A stretch of 64,000 nucleotides of DNA from Eledone cirrhosa. Lineage: Eukaryota. The stretch is from positions 35,960,001 to 36,024,000 of the forward strand of contig OZ024759.1 in assembly GCA_964016885.1 (NCBI GenBank), read 5' to 3'. Positions 14,411 through 60,801 of the stretch are shown one piece after another. Position 1 is the first letter of the stretch. Each line of letters begins with the position of its first letter. The notes under the pieces were generated by a model. That model made no database searches and was not told the origin of the DNA. It saw only the letters and a program-made list of their open reading frames with translations. Both the position numbers and the translations under genes were made by a program.

Positions 14411-14543
14411 GATTATTTTCATTTAATGAGATGGTGATCTAAATATAAATAATTACTCACCTGGGTAGTTGATTTTCTTCTTGTGAATACGAAACTACCA
14501 GTGACTGAAGAGGGAGGCCAGCTTTGACACGACCGTCTGCCAT
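5150..14543 (-). CDS. FAM166/CIMIP2 (or C10orf82)-like ciliary microtubule inner protein with PYG-type repeats, 7 exons, 290 aa
   Basis: Exons 14461-14543, 10588-10642, 10244-10397, 8007-8228, 6934-7099, 5753-5823, 5150-5271 are all GT-AG and phase-consistent (873 nt). Repeated motifs: [73 protein letters not shown]. Exact orthology is uncertain. Confidence 0.8.
9225..9291 (-). ncRNA. Minimal hammerhead ribozyme, inverted copy with a stem III mismatch
   Basis: Inverted duplicate of 9681-9747; reads GAAA-G-GCGC-A-TA instead of GAAA-T-GCGC-A-TA. Confidence 0.6.
9681..9747 (+). ncRNA. Minimal type I hammerhead ribozyme
   Basis: TTTTAT-CTGATGA-[stem II CAAATATCATC...GATGATATTTG]-GAAA-T-GCGC-A-TA|ATAAAA: 6-bp stem I, 1-bp stem III with palindromic GCGC loop, AUA triplet. 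Confidence 0.75.
10656..11518 (-). mobile_element. 5'-truncated L1/Tx1-type LINE (ORF2 C-terminal CCHC zinc knuckle + 3'UTR)
   Basis: ORF 10934-11518 has [36 protein letters not shown] (zf-RVT-like). The 3'UTR ends AATAAAGAAAGC-(ATT)n at ~10656-10695. Confidence 0.8.
11832..11962 (-). ncRNA. Hammerhead ribozyme-like motif with a long stem II insertion
   Basis: Minus strand reads TGTTT-CTGAAGA-(~105 nt)-GAAA-C-GATC-G-TA|AAACA: 5-bp stem I and palindromic loop III. Confidence 0.55.
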
Positions 14544-14737
14544 CTTTGAGTCTAGATTTTCACTTTGTTGATCTCCTATTATCATGTGACCACACTTCTA
14601 AATACTGGGGTGAAAGTAGTTTGAAATACTTATACCTATGTTTTATAGCTAAAGGTGTGTCTGTCTGTGTGTGAGAGTGAGTCAATGTGTTATCTGTTTA
14701 TTTATGTGCACACAGAAACATATATGCATATCACCAC

Positions 14738-14805
<68 letters not shown>

Positions 14806-14989
14806 TAAGAGGTATTACTAGTTAAGACTAATAAGTCTATTATTCTACTTAGTACTCTACATTTAAAGAAAGTAGAGTAGCTATTATAGAATATAATGCC
14901 TGACAGTTAAGTTAAAACCATATTGATGGCAATTGAAATAGTTTTTGCTTAAGCATAGCCCATTATATCCTATAATACTACTACTGTTA

Positions 14990-15031
<42 letters not shown>

Positions 15032-16059
15032 TGTGTAGAAAAGACGTCTACAGGACTAGAACTGTTTCTATATTTAAGCCTTTTCTATATTAAATATTTA
15101 TACTCTGCTATGTATTGAGTACCTTACTTACTGTGGTTACCCCCCCGATTGAACCCGGGATAAACATATATATATATATATATTTTTTTTTTTATATATA
15201 TATACTTGTGTTATATAGTGTTTCCTAATTGGTAGCTGGGGCTGTGATTGTGTTACTCCAATCAGCAAAACCATCGTGTGATAAGGAAAAAGCGCTCAAT
15301 ATTATGTCATCATCATCATCATCATTTCATTTTACGTCCGCTTTTCCCTGCTTGCAAGGGTGGGATGGGAACTGATTCTGGCTTAATTTCTACAGCTGGA
15401 TGCCCTTCCTAACACCAACCTCATTTACAGTGAGTGCTGGGTGCTTTTTTGCCGTGGCACCTCCACGACCACTTTGCAGTGGAATGATAGGGACACCAGT
15501 CCCTATCATCTCATTTCTACAGCTGAGTAAACTGGAGCAATGTGAAATAAAGTGTCTTGCTCAAGAAAACAACACATCACCTGAACTATGTGTATTATAT
15601 ATATATATAATTATATATATATATAGTGTGTGTGTGTATGTGTGAGAAAAGCCAACAAGGAAGAACAATACAATGATGATAGATATTAGTTTAATGCTCG
15701 ATATAGAAGGAAAAGAGTCTTAACGTTTTGGAGGTTAGTCCTTCATTGGAAGATAGAATGGGAAGAAAGAAAAAAGAAATACAAAGATAGATGAGAATAA
15801 GAAAAGAAAAAAAGGAACAGATAAAATGTTTTGGGGAGGAAAACATGTTTGTCAGACATTTTGGAAGATTGCCTGACTAAATGATACTCATGTATTAAAA
15901 ATGAATGAATCCTGTGGTTATTTCTGGTGGTTGTGTTTCAACATTGAAAGAAAGTCTAGTGCATGGGAGATGACACTTTAGTTATATTAAATAACACCAA
16001 TAGGTACACCATGGGAGATGACACTTTAGTTATACTAAATAACACCAATGGGTACACAT

Positions 16060-16967
16060 AAAACAGACTAGGGAAGTTATAATACAAGCCTTCAAGTCTA
16101 TTGACATTTACCTAACTATTGTAAACTTTCTAGATGTTACCCTTGACCTGAAAAATAATGGTTTCTCATTTAGTAGGCACAAGGCCAGCAATTTGGAGAG
16201 GGGGAAGTCTATTAAATTCACCCCAGTGCATGACTGGTACTTTATTTTATCGACCCCGTAAGGAGGAAAGGCAAAGCTAACCTCAACGCGATTTGAACTC
16301 AGAATGTAAAGGGCCGTAACTCTATGCCGTGAAGCATAGTGTCTGACGCTCTACCAATTCTGCCAAAATGCATACAAACCTTTTATGAAACCTAATGAAA
16401 GACTATCTTACATCAATGTTGGAACTTCTCACACACCCTACATATAGTGTTGAAAATTTAGTCAAATACGTCTGTAGAATAATTCCCAAAACCTCTCATC
16501 TAACAGATATATTCAATAAGCCCCCCCCCCCCCCCCATTACAATAAGGCCTTAAGGACAAGTGGGTCTTCTTCTTCTTATCATTATTATTATACACCCAC
16601 TTATTCCTGAAAGAATCATGAAGGTAGAGTCCTCAAACACTCCTTCCAGCAGCTTCTGTCAGAAGCAACCATCTCCAACTGATCTAGCTGGATCCCCAAG
16701 TGATACCAGCCAAGCTCATGGATATTATCGAACCATCTTGCTCGGGGTGGGTCTACGCCCCTGGGTCTCCTGGGTGACAAGTGTGTTTTAAGAAAATTTT
16801 AGTTACAACCTGAACCCAAAGCTGCTGTAGAGAAACAGGTACTGAAGTGCTATCTGGTTCACTATGTCCTGCTCATTGAACATCAAAGCTAATATCAGTA
16901 AAACCTTCATAGCATTAATAGATAAGCTCTTCCACCTCTAGGCATATATATATATATATATATATAT

Positions 16968-17004
<37 letters not shown>

Positions 17005-17045
17005 AAGCTATTCAACAGATATAACCTAAAAATCAGTTATAAAGT
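16060..17045 (+). mobile_element. Decayed Penelope-like element, RT C-terminus/thumb, interrupted by SINE, LINE and microsatellite insertions
   Basis: Translatable pieces in the expected order: IVNFLDVTLDLKNN (~16117-16160), AYKPFMKPNERLSYINVGTSHTP..IFNK..HYNKALRTSG (~16370-16565), IWFTMSCSLNIKANISKTFIALIDKLF (~16852-16935), RKLFNRYNLKISY (~17002-17040). These match recalled PLE motifs (VNFLDVT, YRKP..SNHPP, IWFNPPYS..TNIG..FL.LIDKHF, KIFNRN.VKVSY). Confidence 0.75.
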
Positions 17046-17257
17046 TGTAAAGAAGTGCCAAGGAATCCTGGTGGAAGGAAGACACAGTAGAGGAAGACCA
17101 CGACAATCTTGGGCGGAGGTGGTGAGAGCAGACCTCAGATCGCTGATATTCACAGAGGAGATGACGAAGGACCGTGAAAAGTGGAGAGATGCTGTGCTGA
17201 ATAGGACCCGTCCCACCCTTGCAAGCGGAGAAAAGTGGACGTAAAATGATGATGATG
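17045..17257 (+). mobile_element. RTE-clade LINE 3' end (another copy at 3668-3900 on -)
   Basis: VEGRHSRGRPRQSWAEVVRADL...KDREKWRDAV, followed by CCCACCCTTGCAAGC..GGACGTAAA-(ATG)n. Confidence 0.75.
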
Positions 17258-17596
17258 AAACCTATTCATATATACACACACTTGTTGCCATTGACGTTGG
17301 CTAACATAAGTAGCTCTTAATTCATTCATCCGAAAAATTTGTTATCGTAGTAGTAATGGTGATGTGATGATGATGATGGTGGTGGTGATGTTGATGGTGG
17401 TGGTAGTTGTGTTGTTGATGGAGATAGTGGTGGTGGTGGTAGTGATGGTGGTGTTTTTCTCCCTTCAGTGCCAATAGCATTAAATAATACTGACACATGA
17501 TATGTACACACTCACATGCACACATATATACACACATACACACATACATGCACATATATACACACACAAACATACACATACATGCATATATATACA

Positions 17597-17658
<62 letters not shown>

Positions 17659-18104
17659 CATGTTTGTGTGCATGTGTATATATATGTGTGTATGTGTATG
17701 TGTATATATATACGTGTATATGTGTATGTGTGTTCTACATCTCTGACTTTCTGTAATTATCTTGCCTCTGTTTTCATTGTTGCTGTTGTTGTTGTTATTT
17801 ACACACACATATTCCTTCACACTCACATGCACACATACAACCATACACTCTCACACATACCCATACACTCACGAACTCACTCACACCCACACATCCACAT
17901 CCATCCACACACTCACACATCCACACATCCACACACACACACTCACACATCCACACACACACACTCACACATCCACACACACACACTCACACATCCAGGC
18001 AAGACCGTTGAAGTAAGATGGCTGAGAAATGCTGCGTTTACTGTGATTGTTCCCTCAGCAAAAGTTTATAATAGAAGAAAAACAGAAAGAGAGAGAAAAA
18101 CTAT

Positions 18105-18350
18105 ACCATACAACCCCAGTATTCTTAGGTAGACTTAGGCACTGTTGATATTTTTTTAAAAACTATACAATACTGCCACAGTATTCTTAGATATACATAG
18201 GCACTGTTTGACATCTAAAAAAAATATACAGTCTTACCCCAGTATTCTTAGATAGACATAGGCACTACTTGACATTTCAAAAAAACATACAATCCTACCC
18301 CAGTATTCTTAGATAGACATAGGCACTGCTTGGCATCTAAAAAACCCCTA
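18105..18350 (+). repeat. ~61-bp tandem repeat, 4 copies, immediately before the TRPV ATG
   Basis: CAGTATTCTTAG..ATAGGCACTG.TTGACAT..AAAAAA recurs at ~18117, 18179, 18240, 18301. Confidence 0.85.
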
Positions 18351-18353
18351 AAG

Positions 18354-35330
<16,977 letters not shown>

Positions 35331-36744
35331 GCTCCTTCAGCAAGGTTCTTTACTTCTATTTGATATTAGCAGAAGTGTTATCACCACCTTACATTCTTAC
35401 CTCAGTACACCAGTAGACCTTCCATTTTGATGAAACAACAATATCCTACATAAACAACTACAACTCTTTTCTGTATCAGCCTGATATCATAGACTTTAAT
35501 AAATATGATCTGTATCATCTAGTTTTTTGTTTGTGATTTACTTTGGAAATTTATTGATGTAACACATTTTTACAATTGACTTTACCCATGTATATGTCTG
35601 CCTGTCTATATATGTGTGTGTGTGTGACAGCTCACACCTATGTGTGTGTGTGTGCGTGTGTGTGTGACAGCTCACACCTATGCAGGTTTAGCTGGCCCCC
35701 TCCAAGGTATATCTCGTTGGAGGTGTCTTGGGTGATTTAATGATATGGAGCCCAGTCCTATCATCTCATTTCTACAGCTGAGTAAACTGGAGCAATGTGA
35801 AATAAAGTGTCTTGCTCAAGGAAACAACACATCACCCGGTCCGAGAATTGAACTCACAACCTTTCGATTGCAAGCCCAATGCTTTAACCACTAAGCCATG
35901 TGCCTATATATAGATGTGTCTATGTGTATATATATATACATATGCATTTCTGTGTACATATATGTAAATATGTATACATATATGGTTATAATAATATTGC
36001 CAGAATTAATAACAGAACACACTCACTGTTTGGTTGGTTTTCGCTTCTGTATCTTTTATATCAGTTAATTTATTCGGTCCTCAATGTTTACCATTGACTG
36101 ATCAACGGTCAAAGATACAGATATAATATAGACACAAACACATATATATAGTCCAACAAAATTCTTTCATTGCACATCTGCAATATCATCAATATTTGTT
36201 TTGACACACGATTTCATATCAAAAACCTCACAAAACAAATATACATGTATGTATATACACTTATATAAATATGCATACATGTATATGTGCATATATTCAT
36301 ACATATGTATATGCATATACAAATGCATATATAGACACACACACGTATGTGTATAAATTAGTAAAACCAGGAATTCTGAAGGAATATAAAAATCTTTTAT
36401 TTGACATACAAATGTTTCAACAAAAGAAATGTGGCCATGTAGGTAACACGGTAAAAAGCTCCCAGTCCATACTGTAAATGTGGTTGGTGTTAGGAAGGGC
36501 ATCCAGCCGTAGAAAACCCGCCAAATAGTCCTATACGAGCAAGACAGGGTCACCCGACCAACCTTGCCTCAAGTGGGACAATTCCCGTCTACCCCATGCT
36601 AGCGTGGAAGATAGACGTTAAATGATGATGATGATATATATATTTCAACATACATGGTATGATGGGGAGAAATAAGTGATACAATACTAAAACTATGTCC
36701 AGTTGTAACACTAACAATAACAACAACAACTTGAGTGGGTTGAA

Positions 36745-52810
<16,066 letters not shown>

Positions 52811-53590
52811 TTTTTGTGAGTCTTGGGGTATATTTTATTGCTACTGCTGTTGTTACTGTTGCTGTTACTGCTGCTGCTGTTGTCTGTACACAACAGATCT
52901 TTTCTCAGTTCTACCAAATAGAAAAAAACAACAACAAATAGATGTATGAATAACACAGAAAATAAATGTTAAAATGCAAGAAATGAATTGAAAACATTGT
53001 ACAGTTGATCCCTGCTTGTCTAGTTGAGCCCTGCTTGTGTAGATGAGCCCTGCTTGCCTAGTTGATTCCTGCTTGTGTAGATGAGCCCTGCTTGTGTAGT
53101 TGACCCCTTGCTCATGCAGTTCTAAACCTAATTTTGGGCAGTAAGTTTACATTGTGTCAAATATTACAGGGTGGCACACGAAAAAGTGGCCCAGGTGGTT
53201 CCTAGCAGTGTAAATATTCAAACTATTTGAATTACAACTACAGCCAGTCATATGTGGATTTATTCACACACCAATACATTACATATATATAAAGAGCACC
53301 CAGTCCACCCTGTAAAGTGGTCATGTTAGTGACAGGACAAAAAGCACCCAGTTCATGCTGTAAATGTGGTTGGCGTTAGGAAGGGCATCCAGCAGTAGAA
53401 ACCAAGCCAGAAACAGTTCTGTATGAGCAAGACACGGTCATCTGATCTGATTTGTTTCACAACAGGACAACTCGTCTAACCCATGCTAGCATGGAAAAAC
53501 GGAAACGGACGTTAAACGGTGATGATGATTGTGTGTGTGTGTGAGTGAGAGAATGTGTGTGTGTGTGTGTGTGTGTGTGTGAGTGAGAGA

Positions 53591-53662
<72 letters not shown>

Positions 53663-54749
53663 GTGTGTGCGTGTGTGCGTGTGTGCGTGTGTGCGTGTGT
53701 GAAAATGTTTTTACAAGCAGAGATTACAGCAAAGGATGCTTGCGAAAGTAAACAAATAGTTGAATTATTTGCCAGAAAATTATATTACACGGGACATGGT
53801 TTCAACTAACACCGCCTATCATATTTTCTACATCAATACAGAATAACCAATACAAAATTACATCCATAATGTTGTGTTATAATTGTAACTATTCACATCT
53901 AGGATGCTTTATAGGAATATAAATTGGTTCTAGTACATGGCTGGTACTTCATTCTATCGCAACCCCGCAATGATGTAAGGTAAATTCGTTGTGTGTGTCT
54001 AATGAAGTGGAACGGTGAGATGAATGAGGCTTAAGGTTGGGGCTTGTTCTCCTCTTTAATCTAACAAGGGAGCTTGTTGGGGAGGGAGGATTGGTGAATT
54101 ACTTACCACCATACCACAACAATAACGAAACATCGTGCACGCTACTACAACACTAACAACAACACCAACAAATATACATAACGTAAATAATACATATATC
54201 TTCTTGTTGAAAATATTTCTTTATAAGAACAAATAGCAAAATACGAAACGAAATTTTCTATATTAACTCTGTCAGACAGAATCAGGAAGAATTTTTCACC
54301 ATCTGTTTGTGTTTTGTTTTTTTGGAGAGGGTCTTTGTTTGTGTTTGGGCTTTTTTAGGGGAAAGGAGCGAAGCGAAATTATTTGATTTCATTAAAGAAA
54401 ACCTAAATGAAACACTAACAAGAAAAACACTTCTACAACAAACCAGGAAATTCCTCTATGGTCGTTCGACATGCTAGAAACAGCAGCCAAATCCCGCTGT
54501 AAAAAAGAACAAACTAACAAAAAAAAAAATCAGAAACGTCATTGATTGAATAATAACAGCCCTAGATATACAAAACGTCGGTGATGGTCACGGCTGGAAC
54601 ATGTTTTATTACAGACGAGCTCCAACAAAGCTTACCTGGGTTTAAACAACAATAACAACGAGGACAACCTAAATATTACTATCAGGAGTATCGGGGTAAG
54701 TATTGCAGTTTATTTTTATATGTAAACCATAACATTCTGCGTAAAAACT

Positions 54750-55295
54750 CACAACAGAAACAATAACAACGACAGTGACTACAACAACAGAAACAATAGC
54801 CACAACATCAACAACAGCAGTAACAACCGCAGAGGCGTCAATAATATCAATATCAACAACAATAGTGACAGCAACAACAGTAGCAATAACAACAATAGTG
54901 ACAGTAACAACAGTAGCAATAACAACAACAGCAATAGTAACAGCAGCACCAACAGCAATAACAATATTAACAGTAGCACCAATAACAACACCAACAATAG
55001 TAACAGCAGCACCAACAACAACAATAGTAACAGCAGCACCAACAACAACAATAGTAACAGCAGCACCAACAACAACAATAGTAACAGCAGCACCAACAAC
55101 ACCATCAACAACAATAACAACAACAATAGTAACAGCAGCAACAACAACAACAATAGTACCAACAACACCATCAACAACAACAACAACAATAGTAACAGCA
55201 GCACCAACAATAACAATAACAACAACAATAGTAACAGCAATAACAGAATCAACAACACCAATATTAACAACAACAACAGCTATAACAACAACACA
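54750..55295. repeat. Degenerate (AAC/AGC/AAT)n triplet repeat
   Basis: ACA/GCA/ATA triplets with 30-bp sub-blocks; lies upstream of GAA. Confidence 0.85.
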
Positions 55296-56405
55296 AAGGC
55301 CATCGACATAGAGTTAAGTTAAAATACTGGAGGTAGGTGTGTGACTCTCAACATAGCCATACCTTCGCTATCAGCCACGGCAATATTGCCAGCTTGTTGG
55401 CTTACTCTCGGGTCCCAAATAATAGGGGAAGGGGATAAGTGAGGGGTTGGAATAAACGGTAATTGTAAAAAGTACGTTTGGAAATAAGGGGTTTCTTGTT
55501 AAGTTCTTTTTTTTTTATCCTATTTAATGTTGTTTTTTAATGTAAAATTAAATTATTATTTCCATCCTTACCGAGTCGATAAAATAAAGTAACAGTTACG
55601 TACTAGGGTCGATTTAATCGACTTTCCCTTCCCTAAAATTGTTGGTCTTGTGCCTAAATTAGAAATCGCTATTATATTCTCCAGCTGTTGTAATCGATAA
55701 AAATCACTTACAATAAAATTTCGCTGGATATAGATTAGCAAAATTTAAAAAGCGATAGGGTTGGAATAAATCTGAAAAATTAATAAGTGGGGTGGGGGAA
55801 CGATTAGTGAAGACCTGAGAATACCTCAATAATTAGTAGAGGGGGGGGGGCAGCGCACCTTGTCGTGGTGTGTGATTGAGTGGGGAGGGGTTCTCTCCCC
55901 TTGACCTCCCTTATTACTTGGGTTACCAGATATATCAACAATTATACCAACTATAAATGAATGTTTGGCATAAGAGAAATCCTATAGTTTATGTTAATTA
56001 CTTTCGCACGAAAATGATTAAATATAATATTTTGAAAATTTCATTTAATGTCTTCATAAAATATTGTTTAAAGCTTTAAAAAATAGTTTCTCGCACTATA
56101 ACATTAGGACATGGAAGTACACACACACTCACGTATATATGTTCAGATCTAGCTGTCGAAACGGCCGGAGCTCAGCCGTCGGGGTCCTGACTCTTTTCCT
56201 ATATATATATAAAGAGAGGCGGTTTTATGTATACATCGTCTGTTTATAATAAACAGACGATGTACACATAAAACCGATGTACACATAAAATCTTCTTTAT
56301 AATATAGAAACTCCGGTTGATATCTTATCGATAATATTCTAAGGAATACAAATTGTAGAGTGCTTTATAACTGTATCTGATCAACGAACTTTCTTAAATT
56401 AACTA

Positions 56406-56439
<34 letters not shown>

Positions 56440-56440
<1 letters not shown>

Positions 56441-56605
56441 TACTGAATTCTTCCGTGTATACTGCGCATTTCTTCACTATTTTATTTGTTTGCTTTGGAG
56501 ATTTCTGGTATATGCCTTAACTTATTGTTACACACGTTTGAGGCTTCCTCAAACATTTTTCTGGGGTCAAAAGGGGATGCGTCTAATACACGGAAGAATA
56601 CGGTG
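56440..56605. mobile_element. Probable Tc1/pogo-type MITE
   Basis: Imperfect TIRs ..ATTCTTCCGTGTAT / ATACACGGAAGAAT.. within TA/CA microsatellite. Confidence 0.45.
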
Positions 56606-56933
56606 TGTGTGTGTATATATATATATATATATCGTGTGTGTGTGTTAGGTGTGTACCACAGTGACAGGCGGTGCATCGTTCGAAGCACTCAATGCTGTTA
56701 CGAGGTCTGTCCCGTGTTGTGGCTGTAGTGTGCAGAGTGCAAATAGATTTAAGTAGAATCGAAGTCAGTTTTGCAGCATATATAAAGTTTCTACATATGC
56801 TGCAACACTCGCTTTGATTCCACTTAATCTCATCTCTCTCTGCTTTCATCCTCTTACGGGATCTTCCGATTGTATATAATATATGTATGTATATATATAT
56901 ATATATATATATAATATACAATCGGAAGATCCC

Positions 56934-56981
<48 letters not shown>

Positions 56982-57500
56982 CAATCGGAAGATCCCGTAT
57001 ATATATATATATATATATTGAGTTCTTCATACGGCTTAGACCCTACCATTAATTGGTGGATTTATCTCTCTCTCTCTATATATATATACAATACTTATTG
57101 AGCCCTGTGTTCCTATTTTGGTCTTCGTAATTATTATTACTATATATATATTCAAAAGAAATCATCAGGGCTTTTCTGATTTTTTTTAATGAAACAGTTC
57201 TAGTCCTGTAGAAGTCATTTCTATATTAAATTTGTTGTTTACACTCTACTAATGTATTGAGTACCTTACTAACAGTGGTTACCCTTGATTGGACCCGGGA
57301 CTCACACACACACACATATATATATATATATTATTATTAATCCCGCCGAGGTTAACTTTGCTTTTCATCCTTACGGGGTCGATAAAATAAAGTACCAGTA
57401 ATGTACTGAGTACTTGCTGGCCTTGTGCCAAAAGTAGAAACAATTATTAGAACAGATTAAAATCGAGCCCTTTTCGGATTTTGGTCTTCGTAATTATTTT

Positions 57501-57565
<65 letters not shown>

Positions 57566-59712
57566 AGTGAGTGTATTTCTTCCTTGTCTGAGATTCAGTA
57601 TGTCAGTTATTTATGGAAAAAAAAACATGGGAAAACTTCATTAGTTGTTCCGGCTGTATTTTCGTTAATCATTAAACTCATGTGTGGTACATACCTCAAT
57701 TGTAGACGAAACTGAAGGCCACACGTTGATTAGTTTTTGCGTTTTGTTGTTTAGTCGACATAGCTCAGTGATTTAATAAATACAAACTTAGGTTTACACC
57801 AGTGATGATAATATAATTAGCCATCACCAAATAGATATTAAAAAATCGCAGAAAAATTGGATGAAAAGTTCGTCTTTTTTGTTGTGATGTGTTTTTGTTA
57901 TTTTTTCAAAAGTTCTTTCGTTAAAAGTGTCACATTCCTCTCTTCTAGGTAAATATCGAATGGTTAATTTAATGCTACCATTAACTTCTCGTTTATATAT
58001 ACCGTGTAGTTCTTATTGAAGCCAAATAAAACATCAAATTTTATATTCATCTTTCTTCTCGCCGTAACGAGAGAACGAATGAATGTGCTTCTGTGTAATT
58101 CAGCGCCATTTCCGAGTTGGGGGAGGGGAGTGTTGTTGTTGTTGTTTTTTGTATGTATATATATATATAGTATAAAGAAAACGAAAAATCAGTGATGCAT
58201 CACTGATTTTTCGTTTTCTTTATACTATTTTCACTCTACTCTGCTGAATATCGAGTGCTAATTTTGGCATACCGCCTATGGAAGCACCATAGCTACCATT
58301 ATACACAACTATATATATATATAATGATGTATTTTATCTTTACATTAATGGGTTCTGTTTTAGGCACAAGGCCAACAATTTTGAAGGAGTGGCAACTCGG
58401 TTAAAGCGACCCCAGTGCGTTACTAGTGTTTTATTTGGTAATGCACTGGTGTCGATTTTATCTTTATAATAATTATTTCTACTTTTGGCACAAGGCCAGC
58501 AATTATCCCAGTGGTACTTTATTTTATCGACCCCGTAAGGATGAAAGTGTGAGCTGGGTGCTTTTGGGAATGATACCTACACGACCACTTTACAGTGTAG
58601 GTTGGGTACTTTTTGTTGTGACACCTACACAACCACTTTACAGTGTGGGCTGGGAGCTTTTTGTTGTGACACCTATACGACCACTTTACAAATTTAAAAA
58701 AACCTGTATAATACTCACAGATTATCTCAGAAAGAAGGGAGATTCAGATGTAATGAATTTGGTACTTTAATCAACTGTTTGTTCATAAAAAGAAAAGTAA
58801 TTTGGTTGTAAGGAATCTAACACCGCAGTCAACTGTTTGTACAAAGGAGGGTTTGGTTGTAATGAATCCAACACTGCAGTCAACTGTTTCTACAAAGGAG
58901 GGTTTGGTTGTAATGAATCTAACCTTAGTCTACTTATGTTTCTGATACTTTGTTCTGAACAGCCATTCAATATTACAATATAAAAACATATTGATTCCAT
59001 TCATAAACCTCACAGTGCAAAGTTTGATTTGAAATTTAAAAACAAATGACACGGTCCTTGTTATTTTTAATTCTAATTATAGGTTATGTCAGTTAATGCC
59101 CTCATAAATAGATGCAGTTTTCTTAACATTTAATTCTTTTGATGCCAAATTGTTTGAAACCACTCCTGGTTCTACAATACAAAGCTGTTTGTTTTAAAGA
59201 TTTTATATTTATTTAAAAAACTTCCATTATATTATGTAAGAATCTGTAAGCATATGTTCCAAACACCAACTTCATAATGGGAAAGTTATTTATTTTACTA
59301 AATCCCTCCAACTTCTTAATTGCTTTAAGAGTACCTATTGTAAACCAGATACACACAGGGATACAGTGTACCTATAATTGTAATTATAATTTTCACTTGA
59401 ATCAATGTGTTTATCTTAATTAACTTTCTAATTTTACCTTTTCCATTTAGGTAGTGTCTTTCCTGGAACTTCTAACTCAGCTGGAATGGTTAGTCGAGTC
59501 AGAGAAGACGGAGAAATATGGATAAAAAGGAAATGAGAAACATAATAGATTTGTCTCCATTTTTTTCTTGAATTATTCTTCAACTTTAGGAAGAAAATAC
59601 CCCCCCCCCAAAAAAAAATGAACAAGGTCTTTGAATTGAGGAATAAAAGTAGTTGAATTCCTTTCTTAGTATAAATATTGTATATATATTGTAAGTTTTT
59701 ATTAATTGAAAC

Positions 59713-60801
59713 ATGGAAAATTCTTCAAATATGGATGTCAAGAAGAATTGTTCTGTTAAAACTCCACATTCTGAGAATGATTCCTCAGACTATCTGCCAA
59801 AAACTCCTTCAAATAGATCTACAACTTCTGAAGGGTTCCGTACATCTGAACGCAGACGAAACAAACCAGAATTTTCCATGCCGAAAAGATCAGATGTCTG
59901 GGACAATATTGAGGATGTGCCAACTAAAGGCACGAGTTCACTTCTTCGACGTAGACTTGTCAATGACTTTGTAGTTAATAATTATCGTTATAATTATGAT
60001 GCTAATTACACAAGTGGAGAAGAAAGCGCTTTTGTTGAAAGTGCCGAGGAAAGTGATGGCATTACAAAAGCCAAAATGAAGCAACAGAAAGCGATTAAGA
60101 AACGAATAAAAAATTCTTCCAAAAGACAGCAAAGAGGGTCTGATTCTTCAGAGTCCTTCGATAGTTCAGAGGAATCGGTAATGAAAGCAAAGAAATTGAT
60201 TTTAAAAACTATGTGCAAAAAAGTTCATATGAAAAATTCCACCAGGAAACCATTAAGTGAATCCCTAGAATCTTCGGACAATTCCAGCAACGCAGTCTTG
60301 AAACCTACTCACAGAAAACAGAAAGTAATTTGCAGCTCTGAATCTGATTCTTCTGAAAGCCAAAAGAAAATTTTAAATGCTGCCAAAATTTCTCTGATTT
60401 CCAAAAGAAAGAAAGCATTACAAGCTCTCCAAAGTAGCAGCAGTAGTAGTCACTCAGACAGCGAGGCTATTGGAGTAAGACGTGATAAGTCTACGATGGA
60501 TAAAGATGAAAAAGCAAAAATATTGTCGGTGATGAAGACATCTATAAAACATACTCATTTTAAATGGGAGTCGAGTGAAGAAGAAGACAAACAGAAGATT
60601 GTAAGCATCACAAAAAAAGCCAGAAATGCCGGCACCATTTCAAGTGAATGGAGTGGTTCTGTGTCTGATGTTCGGGTGGAAGATTCTTCAGAAAATAGTA
60701 GATCTGATCGTGACTTTTATCTCAAAGAACTTCCAACTGAAATAACTTCAACTAAAACCACAGACAAAAATTCTGACCAACAAACATTACCCAAACCCTA
60801 A
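59713..60801 (+). CDS. Uncharacterised 362-aa Lys/Ser/Glu-rich low-complexity protein (single coding exon)
   Basis: A 1089-nt open frame that is not a tandem repeat, in very AT-rich DNA. Good start context (AAC-ATG-G) and AATAAA at ~60899. No recognisable domain. Confidence 0.6.
   Translation: MENSSNMDVKKNCSVKTPHSENDSSDYLPKTPSNRSTTSEGFRTSERRRNKPEFSMPKRSDVWDNIEDVPTKGTSSLLRRRLVNDFVVNNYRYNYDANYTSGEESAFVESAEESDGITKAKMKQQKAIKKRIKNSSKRQQRGSDSSESFDSSEESVMKAKKLILKTMCKKVHMKNSTRKPLSESLESSDNSSNAVLKPTHRKQKVICSSESDSSESQKKILNAAKISLISKRKKALQALQSSSSSSHSDSEAIGVRRDKSTMDKDEKAKILSVMKTSIKHTHFKWESSEEEDKQKIVSITKKARNAGTISSEWSGSVSDVRVEDSSENSRSDRDFYLKELPTEITSTKTTDKNSDQQTLPKP

Noticed and set aside
18330-18353. Upstream TTG start of the tracked TRPV ORF
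   Set aside because: Eukaryotic gene; ATG 18354 aligns with the Nanchung MGxxxS N-terminus.
54775-55311. Mucin-like Thr-rich ORF / poly-Leu ORF
   Set aside because: Degenerate (AAC)n microsatellite, no ATG start or splice support; similar tracts occur in introns at 36965-37150 and 45615-45685.
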